This document shows positions 36,205 through 43,860 of a stretch of 64,000 nucleotides of DNA, one piece after another. The notes below the pieces were generated by a model. The model was given only the letters and a program-made list of their open reading frames with translations. It was not told where the DNA came from and searched no databases. The stretch's first letter is position 1. Each line of letters starts with the position of its first letter. The stretch lies in sequence record NC_061443.1. The stretch is one strand, 5' to 3'. The translations under genes were made by a program, and so were the position numbers.

Positions 36205-36854
36205 GCACGAACGCTTTTGCGTTTACATGCAGGGCATTCGAGACTGATATCGGTGAGCACACCATGACGTGATGCAAGCACCCACTCAGACAGTTCAAGC
36301 CAGAGTTTCAAGTCTTCCTGTTCTTCCAGGCGTGCTACGTTTCGGTCGAACTCGCGTCCCATGTGGGCTACGTGCCAACTGAACATATCTTCCGACGCAC
36401 GTTCGTAGTGACGCATACGAGGCAGGTCAAACGTTTCATGCTCGGCATTGAGTTGCGCTACAGTCAGTGATGTTTCATCGACAACACCGACGTTGTTGGC
36501 AGCACACGGAAACGTGTTGATAGCTCCTCCGTCAGGACGCAGTTCATTCACGATACCGTCGGAATATTCAAACAGCGGTTTATTGCAACGCCAGTGCGTC
36601 ATCAGAGGCATCACGGAGTTCATCCACATACGCTGCTGGAAGACGAGCGCATAGGCATCAGGCACAGTCAGTTCTTCGAGAGGAATAGACAGGCAGGGCG
36701 CTAGAGCATCGAGCAGGATGTACTTCATATCCTTCGCATCAATCGCTTTCGCAATCGCACGGTTCTCTTTGCCACTAAAGCGACGCATCGTGAACACGTC
36801 AGGAAGTTGTGCCTTGTAACCATGCGACGGTAAACTCGCTGTTTGAATTTCCAT
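36171..36854 (-). CDS. tail/baseplate assembly chaperone (T4 gp26/gp51-like) with CxxC
   Basis: SLPSHG...MRRFSGKE start, LTVPDAYALVFQQR, W-R-C and CPAC motifs. Confidence 0.5.
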   Translation of the reverse strand: MEIQTASLPSHGYKAQLPDVFTMRRFSGKENRAIAKAIDAKDMKYILLDALAPCLSIPLEELTVPDAYALVFQQRMWMNSVMPLMTHWRCNKPLFEYSDGIVNELRPDGGAINTFPCAANNVGVVDETSLTVAQLNAEHETFDLPRMRHYERASEDMFSWHVAHMGREFDRNVARLEEQEDLKLWLELSEWVLASRHGVLTDISLECPACKRKSVRAWDMNPSMFVR

Positions 36855-36865
36855 TTGTTCTTATC

Positions 36866-37378
36866 TCACATCAGAGGACGGGAAACATCGAGAGCCATTT
36901 GCACAGACCACATCGCCCTACCGCCGGTGCCGTTAAGCGTAATGCTTTGACCACCGATAGGCCAACAGTTGCGGAGCTGTTGTTCGCCAACCATTTGCCC
37001 TTGGTTGTCGTATAGCTCAATGATAATGTTTTTCTTATACACAGAGGGAAGTCTAAAGCCTCCAGTGTATGGGTTCTGAATCAAACTCTGCCACGCATTC
37101 ATATACTTCATGACTGCGAGCTTTTGGTCAAGGCCAAACAGTAGACTGAATCCATCTACACTCGAACCGTGTGGCCAGTTGATTTGCACAGTGGCCACTT
37201 CTTTCGATTTCGACTGATAGACAGAGAACGGCAGGTCGACTTCTTCACACGCGAACGGGCTTAACGATATATTACCAATAACAGGAAATTCTCGCACACG
37301 CCACTTGTCTTGCATGAAAGGATCGTCAAGGCCAGGAGCAGAGGAATCATTCAGATCGTCAAGTGTCGGTAGCGGCAT
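36866..37378 (-). CDS. tail tube protein paralog
   Basis: W...IQNP.TG....P..YKKNIIIELYDNQG......LRNCWP: gp19-like tube motif. Confidence 0.65.
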   Translation of the reverse strand: MPLPTLDDLNDSSAPGLDDPFMQDKWRVREFPVIGNISLSPFACEEVDLPFSVYQSKSKEVATVQINWPHGSSVDGFSLLFGLDQKLAVMKYMNAWQSLIQNPYTGGFRLPSVYKKNIIIELYDNQGQMVGEQQLRNCWPIGGQSITLNGTGGRAMWSVQMALDVSRPLM

Positions 37379-37380
37379 GA

Positions 37381-38052
37381 TTATTCCTCTACTATGACAA
37401 GCACAGGTCGAACATCGTTATCGAGTTTGAGGAACGTAGCGCCAACCAGATAGCCGCCTTTCTCAATTTGCTTCACCACTGCTTTTTCGTAGTCCGTTTC
37501 CCATTGCTCACGTTGAGAGGCCTTGTAGCCTTCGAACGTTTCAGATGCGTCATAATAGTTATAGACGCCACCGGTCGGCATAGGGATACGTGCAAGGAAC
37601 TGAATGCGACCAGCGTTCTTAAACTTAGCCTTATGCAGTTCTTGAGTCAGCTTAGTGTTCTCGGCCTTAGAGCCAGGAACAGCTTTGAAAGGTTTCTTCG
37701 GTTGTGGCTCTTTAGGCGCAGCAGGGAGTTTCTCACGCGCAGGAGTGTTCTTATCAGAGGCTTTCTTAACGCGAACACCACTGACCGTTCCTGTGAATGG
37801 ACGACTGCGACTTAACAGTGAACGCGCAACTGGCGCATCAACGGTGAAGACTACAGACGGGTCATCCTTGTGCAGCACATAGAACTTGTTACGCTTCGCA
37901 GCAACGATACCAAACACATCTTTTTCTTCGATATCGGCTTCGTGCTCTTTGTTCTCGATACTGACCTTGCGCTTACCTTCGAAGCGATACCAGTCGCAGT
38001 CTTGAATAGACACGTCAGGCTTACGTGCGCTTTCGCTCAGTAAAATAAGCAT
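37381..38052 (-). CDS. hypothetical protein (candidate internal head protein; shared domain)
   Basis: 223 aa; N-terminus MLILLSESA, then WYRFEGK...DVFGI...KDDPSVVF...SRSRPF. Confidence 0.7.
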   Translation of the reverse strand: MLILLSESARKPDVSIQDCDWYRFEGKRKVSIENKEHEADIEEKDVFGIVAAKRNKFYVLHKDDPSVVFTVDAPVARSLLSRSRPFTGTVSGVRVKKASDKNTPAREKLPAAPKEPQPKKPFKAVPGSKAENTKLTQELHKAKFKNAGRIQFLARIPMPTGGVYNYYDASETFEGYKASQREQWETDYEKAVVKQIEKGGYLVGATFLKLDNDVRPVLVIVEE

Positions 38053-38061
38053 AGAGTCTCC

Positions 38062-38095
38062 AAAACGAAAAGGGCCAGAACGAATCTTGGCCCTT
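38062..38095 (-). terminator. intrinsic terminator after tail tube gene
   Basis: AAGGGCCAAGA-TTCG-TTCTGGCCCTT followed by TTCGTTT. Confidence 0.7.
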
Positions 38096-38103
38096 GTGTT
38101 TTC

Positions 38104-38613
38104 TTACACGCGTTCTGCGTAGTCGAAGGACCATTCGATTGATACCGGAACAGCCTGCGCAGCACCAGAGAAGTTCAAGTCTGGTACCTGTTTCGGCCAC
38201 ACGCCGTAGATGTTGTACTCAGCAACAACTGAACCATCCATGTCGAACACACGGAAGATAGCTTTGGTTGAGTAGTCAGCTTTACGTGCGCCCAACTGGG
38301 TTTGCGTAGCACGAACGAACTCATGCCAGTCTTCCAGTTGTTTGTACACGGCCATCTCAGAGTTTTCGTTGTACTCAGTGGACAGCGCGTGAGAGAAGAT
38401 CTTACGACCAGCGTAGTTGAGCTGGTGGCCGAACGCTTCTTTCAACACTTCTTCCAGAGTAGAACCTGGCTTGATACCGGTCTTACAGAACAGACGCAGT
38501 GTACGTGCGTAGTCCGAACCACCGACAGGCGGGTTAGGAATCAGGAACTCGAAGTTGTCATCGAGTAACGGATCTTTCGTAGACGAAAATTCGTCAAGAG
38601 TTACCTTTGGCAT
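38104..38613 (-). CDS. major tail tube protein (T4 gp19-like)
   Basis: Immediately downstream of sheath; YAGRKIFS...LEDWHE...YNIYGVWPKQVPDLNF...FDY. Confidence 0.8.
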   Translation of the reverse strand: MPKVTLDEFSSTKDPLLDDNFEFLIPNPPVGGSDYARTLRLFCKTGIKPGSTLEEVLKEAFGHQLNYAGRKIFSHALSTEYNENSEMAVYKQLEDWHEFVRATQTQLGARKADYSTKAIFRVFDMDGSVVAEYNIYGVWPKQVPDLNFSGAAQAVPVSIEWSFDYAERV

Positions 38614-38624
38614 CTAAAAGCTCC

Positions 38625-40310
38625 TTAGAGTGCACCAGAGTTGATCAATTGCAGTGCGTACTGGATATCGCCGACAGGTGGCACGATAGCAGTTACGTGA
38701 ATGCGTTTGGTGTAGCGAGTAGGATCAAGGAACACGTCGATGATCAGGTCGCCACGCGCTTCGTCTTCTGCGGTGTTGTTCTTGTAGTCACATTCGACTG
38801 CATACCAACGCAGACCACGGCCGAGTTTAATCGGTTCGAGGATTGCTTCCATCGCAGACTTCTGGCGCTGTTTCAGAATGTCATCGTTCGGTTCGAACAC
38901 GGCACTCAGGTTGTTAGCACGGGCAGAAGCATGAAGCATTGCCAGCAGACGACGCACACCGATATCCTGAAGAGGAGACTTCGTAGTGTAAGTGGTATCA
39001 GCACCCCACATGAAGATACCTTCACCTTCGAAGATAGCAATCGGGTTAATCTGGTTATCCACCAGAATGTCGCGGTCGTTCTGCTTGAAGCGATAACGCA
39101 CGTCAGTTGCGAAGTCCAGCTTACCGCGTTGCATACCGCCAGGAGCAAGCCACGAAGCAACTTGGTCAGCGGTCAACATGCAGTATGCCATACAAACAGA
39201 CGCAGGAACATAGAAGTCACGAGCGTTGGTATTGTCACGCGCTTTAACGTCAGAGTTCGACAGCGCAGACCAAGAACCGATGATAGAGAACTCGGCCTCT
39301 TTGTACGGCTTGTTGCCACGGCGATACGCAACAGAAGCGTCACGTGCCTGCATTGATACAGGTACACCGTGCGTTGCGATACAGTCCATGCGTGTTTCAG
39401 CAAGGTCATCAATCTTATTCGCAACAACAGGATGCTCCAGACCACCAGCACACAGGATGCCGGCCTGAACGTCTTCCCAGTCGCGGTAGTTATCCCACGC
39501 AGTCAGAACAGCAGACAGGCTACGGTTAGAGATGATTGGGTCTGAATGATCGATATCAATCAGGTCGCCATCGCTACCGCCGGTGAACTGACCATTAGGT
39601 GCAGTCGGGTTCGTTGGGTCAGCAGGGCCACCGCCGATAGAGTTGATGACCACGAAGTTCGGGTCTTCTACCAGCTTGTAGTGGTTCTCATTCAGCTTAA
39701 CGCGAATATACTTCGAGTTAACGTTGATAACGTCTTCAATGAAGAACTGATTGCCCGCGTCGTCTTTGTAGTAACGAGTAGTCACCACGTGAGTTTCAAG
39801 CGGCGTCAGGTAGCCTGTCATGTACACTTTGATGATGGACTTAATGCCCAGCGCATCAGTCACGTCTGGTTCGAACGTGATGTACATGTTGTTCGCGTCG
39901 GTGTACTGAGACATGGAATAGAGCAGGCAGATATCGCGATCAGAGAAAGCAATCTGCTCCGGGTCAACCAGTCCAGCATCGCCCAGAGGACGGCAGGTAG
40001 CAAAGTTGTTGTACGTTGTGAGATACACACCTGCATACTTCACGGACAGAGCGACACGAGTAATGTTCAGTCTGGTCGCTTTCGTCATCAGAAGTTTTGC
40101 ACTCTGAACGTTGTTAGCGTATTTACCAGTGGCTGGACCGAAGATAGCGTCGATCTCGTCTTTAGAGGTAACAGTTGTGTTCACACCCACAGGACCTCGC
40201 GGGAACGGCAGAACCAGAGTACACATGCCGTACTGGACAAGTGACGCTTGGTTCGAGCGGTCGTTCTCCTGCGAGTATACCCCCGGAGAGGGGTGATTAG
40301 GTTGTAGCAT
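38625..40310 (-). CDS. tail sheath protein
   Basis: PSPGVYSQEND start; WLAPGG..RG, NQINPI...GIFMWGADT, IGVRRLL, FEPND motifs. Confidence 0.92.
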   Translation of the reverse strand: MLQPNHPSPGVYSQENDRSNQASLVQYGMCTLVLPFPRGPVGVNTTVTSKDEIDAIFGPATGKYANNVQSAKLLMTKATRLNITRVALSVKYAGVYLTTYNNFATCRPLGDAGLVDPEQIAFSDRDICLLYSMSQYTDANNMYITFEPDVTDALGIKSIIKVYMTGYLTPLETHVVTTRYYKDDAGNQFFIEDVINVNSKYIRVKLNENHYKLVEDPNFVVINSIGGGPADPTNPTAPNGQFTGGSDGDLIDIDHSDPIISNRSLSAVLTAWDNYRDWEDVQAGILCAGGLEHPVVANKIDDLAETRMDCIATHGVPVSMQARDASVAYRRGNKPYKEAEFSIIGSWSALSNSDVKARDNTNARDFYVPASVCMAYCMLTADQVASWLAPGGMQRGKLDFATDVRYRFKQNDRDILVDNQINPIAIFEGEGIFMWGADTTYTTKSPLQDIGVRRLLAMLHASARANNLSAVFEPNDDILKQRQKSAMEAILEPIKLGRGLRWYAVECDYKNNTAEDEARGDLIIDVFLDPTRYTKRIHVTAIVPPVGDIQYALQLINSGAL

Positions 40311-40352
40311 CGTGAATCTCCATGAGAATGGGCATCGTGAAACGACTGTATG

Positions 40353-40360
40353 AAATTAGC
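40353..40360 (-). promoter_or_regulatory. GCTAATTT motif, putative late promoter
   Basis: Intergenic, 43 nt upstream of the sheath ATG. Confidence 0.5.
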
Positions 40361-40366
40361 GTGTTA

Positions 40367-40711
40367 TCAGTAGCAAATCACATTAACGCGCTGGTCTACG
40401 TCACTTACCAATACCGATTGATCCATTTTGCCTGTGAGCGTGAACTGACCTTCAATGATCATCTGCCCACCAGCGAACTGGAGGATGATAGGTTCAGCCG
40501 TATCAATATACAGCAGACCTTTAATAGCAGGCAGTTGGTAGCCTTTCGCCCCTACGATGATTGATTGCTGCATGAACATGCCGTCTTCGGGAATACCTAC
40601 AGCAGACGACTGACGTTTCATGACAGCGTTCTGTTGGCCCGATACGGAACGTACACGGCTATCAACGACGAGCGTACGGTCTAGCTTGCGATACTTCTCG
40701 CGTGTGTACAT
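40367..40711 (-). CDS. hypothetical virion protein
   Basis: 114-aa ORF between tail completion and sheath genes. Confidence 0.6.
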   Translation of the reverse strand: MYTREKYRKLDRTLVVDSRVRSVSGQQNAVMKRQSSAVGIPEDGMFMQQSIIVGAKGYQLPAIKGLLYIDTAEPIILQFAGGQMIIEGQFTLTGKMDQSVLVSDVDQRVNVICY

Positions 40712-41406
40712 TAGTCCGTCTCCTCTTCATCTTCGTCCTGAGTCTGCGCAGCCATAGCACGAGGACCCAAGTCCATATCGATCTCAACGTTCTCGGTAAT
40801 CTCACCGTAGTTGTTGATCTTAGCCTGTTCCATGTTGAATCCAATCTGGGAGTTAATCGTGATTGGAATCTCCAGCTCGAAGCTACCCGGTGTACTGCCG
40901 TCATCGAGGTCATCAATGTTAGGCATAGGCAGAGTATCATCCAGCTTAACACGCACTGTCCACTTAGCTGTAGGCATCTCAATAGAGAAGCTCATTAAGT
41001 CAGTCAGTCCAGCAACCATTAGCTGTTGAACACACAGCAATGCTTGGTCAATGTTCATGAACTTAAGGTACAGCGAACCAGACAGCGTTATCGGGAAGTA
41101 ATAGTTCGTTACTACGATAGCATTAGTGCCATCGTTACCCAACGCCCAGCCTGAGCCGTGACGTGCAATGTTCTTTATGTTGACAGACTGTTCACGGTTG
41201 AAAGCCATAGTCGGCAGTTTGAACCAACCGTACGGATAGTCAGTGCTTTGATTGTTCGTTGCACGAATACCCTGCTTAGGGTTATTATGCACAGACCAAA
41301 CAAAACGCTTTAACCCGAAGCCTTGTCGGAATTGGCGTTGAAAGCCAAATATGGTTGCTCGCAGCGATGTGCTGTTCTTGAGCATACCAGCAAGGTTTGC
41401 ACTCAT
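40711..41406 (-). CDS. tail completion / terminator-like protein (gp15-like)
   Basis: Position upstream of sheath; beta-rich fold-like pattern with acidic C-terminus. Function inferred. Confidence 0.45.
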   Translation of the reverse strand: MSANLAGMLKNSTSLRATIFGFQRQFRQGFGLKRFVWSVHNNPKQGIRATNNQSTDYPYGWFKLPTMAFNREQSVNIKNIARHGSGWALGNDGTNAIVVTNYYFPITLSGSLYLKFMNIDQALLCVQQLMVAGLTDLMSFSIEMPTAKWTVRVKLDDTLPMPNIDDLDDGSTPGSFELEIPITINSQIGFNMEQAKINNYGEITENVEIDMDLGPRAMAAQTQDEDEEETD

Positions 41407-41424
41407 TTGTCGTGCTCCAGATAC

Positions 41425-41452
41425 GAAAAAGGGCAGCCGAAGCCACCCTTTT
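41425..41452 (-). terminator. intrinsic terminator
   Basis: GGGTGGC-TTCG-GCTGCCC followed by TTTTTC. Confidence 0.75.
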
Positions 41453-41471
41453 GGTTACCCGTAATCGGGTG

Positions 41472-41885
41472 CTAGTCGAATCGTAAACGAATCAGTGAAG
41501 AAGCAGTGGCAGAGTCAGATTCAATTGTGATATCTTCTTCGTCTTCCAGATCATCTTCATCAAGGTCTTCATCTTCGTCCTCGTCGGAGTCAGAGTTCAG
41601 ACTAATGATTTCGTCATCGCCGTATAACGACGCGACTTGTTCTTCCTCGGCATTAAGCGCTAAAGCAGCAGATAACGCAGCGACGGATTCATTCATACCC
41701 GATGCAGAACTCACGGAGTTAACGAGGCATGACGCTTCGAAGTTGTCTGAGAGTTCACAGCAGAGAAAGTCCTCAGTGTCTGGCGCTACAGCAGCTTGAG
41801 CAAGCAAGCGGGAAGCATCCATCCACTGTCCGTCACGCGCTGCGACGATTGCCAGTGCAGCTAAGGAACCAGATAAAGTCTTCAT
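41472..41885 (-). CDS. small acidic protein (possible head core component)
   Basis: 137 aa with a D/E tract and SxS motifs (LVNSVSS, ISLNSDS, ITIESDSA). Confidence 0.65.
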   Translation of the reverse strand: MKTLSGSLAALAIVAARDGQWMDASRLLAQAAVAPDTEDFLCCELSDNFEASCLVNSVSSASGMNESVAALSAALALNAEEEQVASLYGDDEIISLNSDSDEDEDEDLDEDDLEDEEDITIESDSATASSLIRLRFD

Positions 41886-41902
41886 GCTTGGTCCTCAGTT
41901 AA

Positions 41903-41925
41903 GAGGGCAGCAGAGCGCTACCCTC
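41903..41925 (-). terminator. hairpin after major capsid gene, possible terminator
   Basis: GAGGGTAGC-GCTCT-GCTGCCCTC stem-loop; short U tract. Confidence 0.5.
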
Positions 41926-41938
41926 GATGCACAAACAA

Positions 41939-43039
41939 TTATCCGCGAACTGCTTTAGCCACAGAACGCACGTTCGCCAGAGTGAAGGAGAAGGTGCTAG
42001 ACAGCAACCAACCGCGGTCGGTGTTGCCCTGGTTTGCGCCGGAAGTCGGAGTAGACTGGGTGCCGCCACGAGTGGTGTACACTGCGTGGTAGTCCTGGTC
42101 AGCCAGAACGTACAGCTCGCCGTCTTGCAGAACGCGGTGCTCTGGAGCGCGGAAGCCGTCAGTTACCAGTTCCATACCCAGCAGGGTACCCAGACGACCT
42201 GTGGTGATCAAGTCATACTTAGACACTGGGTCCAGAGCAGAGCTGAACTGATCGTTACCAACGATATCGTTCCAGTAGTCCTGCGCCATCACAGCGGTGC
42301 TAACAGGCAGCGGCCATGAAGACACAGAATTTTTCAGAGTAGACAGCAGACGCGGAGTCAGGTCACCGTGAACGAAGGTCATCGGGTTAGCAACGCCGAC
42401 TGCCTGGTCACAAGCACGTTTCCACAGACGGTCTTCTGCAACCATGATAGAAGACAGGCCGTCTTGCTGCGCACGGTCCAGCAGGTCGCCGTTGATCTGG
42501 TCCAGATCCATTTTGCTGACGCGGATGTTGGATTTCAGTTCGAACTCAGCAGGCGTGTATACACGACCGCGGAATTGGTAGTAACCCATGTCAGAAGGAC
42601 CGGTAGCGATGATTGCTTCCGCCTGGTGAATTTTCAGTTCGATACGAGCGATATCGCCCTGACGAACGGTAGCGCCTTTACACACTTTGCGCAGCAGGCC
42701 AGCACGTTCTGCACGGTCTTCGATAGATGCAACGATAGAAGCACCCAGAGAAGCCCACTTTTCACCAGAGCTGTCAGCTACAGCTTCCTGGAACAGTTCA
42801 ATCTTCTCTTGCTCTGACAGGCCGCCAGCGTTTGCAGAGGTAGAGTGAACCAGTTCGCCGTTCTGGAACGCGCCCATCAGCTTGGTGATTTGGCCCAGAA
42901 GGTCTTTTTGGCTCGATGCGTTGATCTCACCAGTGGAAGAGGAAAGCGCCAGCTCACCTTTACCACCAAAACGCAGGTCTTCGATTGGCGCGCCGTTACG
43001 CAGGGTTACTTTAGCGCCGCGCATTAAAGAGTTGTTCAT
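41939..43039 (-). CDS. major capsid protein
   Basis: 366 aa; AGGAG RBS; strongly biased codon usage; position in head module; C-terminal HK97-fold-like pattern (GWLLSSTFSFTLANVRSVAK). Confidence 0.75.
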   Translation of the reverse strand: MNNSLMRGAKVTLRNGAPIEDLRFGGKGELALSSSTGEINASSQKDLLGQITKLMGAFQNGELVHSTSANAGGLSEQEKIELFQEAVADSSGEKWASLGASIVASIEDRAERAGLLRKVCKGATVRQGDIARIELKIHQAEAIIATGPSDMGYYQFRGRVYTPAEFELKSNIRVSKMDLDQINGDLLDRAQQDGLSSIMVAEDRLWKRACDQAVGVANPMTFVHGDLTPRLLSTLKNSVSSWPLPVSTAVMAQDYWNDIVGNDQFSSALDPVSKYDLITTGRLGTLLGMELVTDGFRAPEHRVLQDGELYVLADQDYHAVYTTRGGTQSTPTSGANQGNTDRGWLLSSTFSFTLANVRSVAKAVRG

Positions 43040-43101
43040 TAGTTGCTCCTGAGATTAATCTCGTAAGTTTTCAGATACTAAACAGTCACGGTGCGCGACG
43101 A

Positions 43102-43809
43102 TTAGGCGCCGTAAGAGGAAGTGGTTTCGATGATCAGGTAGCCGCGCTCAGTAGTAGGCGCTTGCTTGATGATCAGACCTTTCAGCTCGGTACCGTTACC
43201 ACCGATGGTCAGCAGACCGTTCGGGCCCAGAGTTGGGTGCAGTACGTTGTCAGCAGACCAGTCAGCGGTTGGGTCAAACATAGAGGTAGCAACGTTACCC
43301 AGTTTGATGTACGCGATACGACCTTCAACGTTAGAAGGCAGGCCACCGATAGGAGCATCAGCAGTGTACGAACGCGCTTCGGTCACGGTCAGTTCGTAAG
43401 CATACTGGATGCGAACTTTCTTACCAATGTCGTCAGCGTGGAAGTACAGGTCAGCACCCTGAACACCGACTTTACCTTCAGCAGTAGGAGCAGCGTTAGC
43501 TTCCTGGTCTGCTTTAGTACCGTCGATTTTAACCAGCAGTGCGCCAGCGTTAGGAACGCGGGATGCAGTGAATTTTTTGGTAGCGTCGATAACGAACTCT
43601 TCAACGCGGTTCATGTTCGCAGGTGGCATAGAGCGAGCCAGAGCGAAACCGGCGAATACTTCGTCAGCAGCACCAGTAGACAGACGCAGGAAGGAGTGGC
43701 CGCCTTCGCGAGTCCAAACCAGTGCAACGCCTTCTTCGTGGATTACTTCACCCGGCAGCAGATCAGCTTCCTGGGTCTGTACGATTGCGGTAGCATTTTG
43801 AAACAACAT
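43102..43809 (-). CDS. head decoration / capsid-associated structural protein
   Basis: Between scaffold and MCP; strongly biased codon usage; ATG 43809 has a GGAG RBS (track start is 43824). Confidence 0.55.
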   Translation of the reverse strand: MLFQNATAIVQTQEADLLPGEVIHEEGVALVWTREGGHSFLRLSTGAADEVFAGFALARSMPPANMNRVEEFVIDATKKFTASRVPNAGALLVKIDGTKADQEANAAPTAEGKVGVQGADLYFHADDIGKKVRIQYAYELTVTEARSYTADAPIGGLPSNVEGRIAYIKLGNVATSMFDPTADWSADNVLHPTLGPNGLLTIGGNGTELKGLIIKQAPTTERGYLIIETTSSYGA

Positions 43810-43860
43810 AATCAGATTCTCCAATGAGAGATTGTGCGATTAACTGACGCCCGCCTTCAA

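Noticed and set aside
38607-43827. Long plus-strand ORFs opposite sheath, MCP and decoration genes (221-249 aa)
   Set aside because: Expected antisense ORFs of strongly codon-biased genes; no RBS or motifs.
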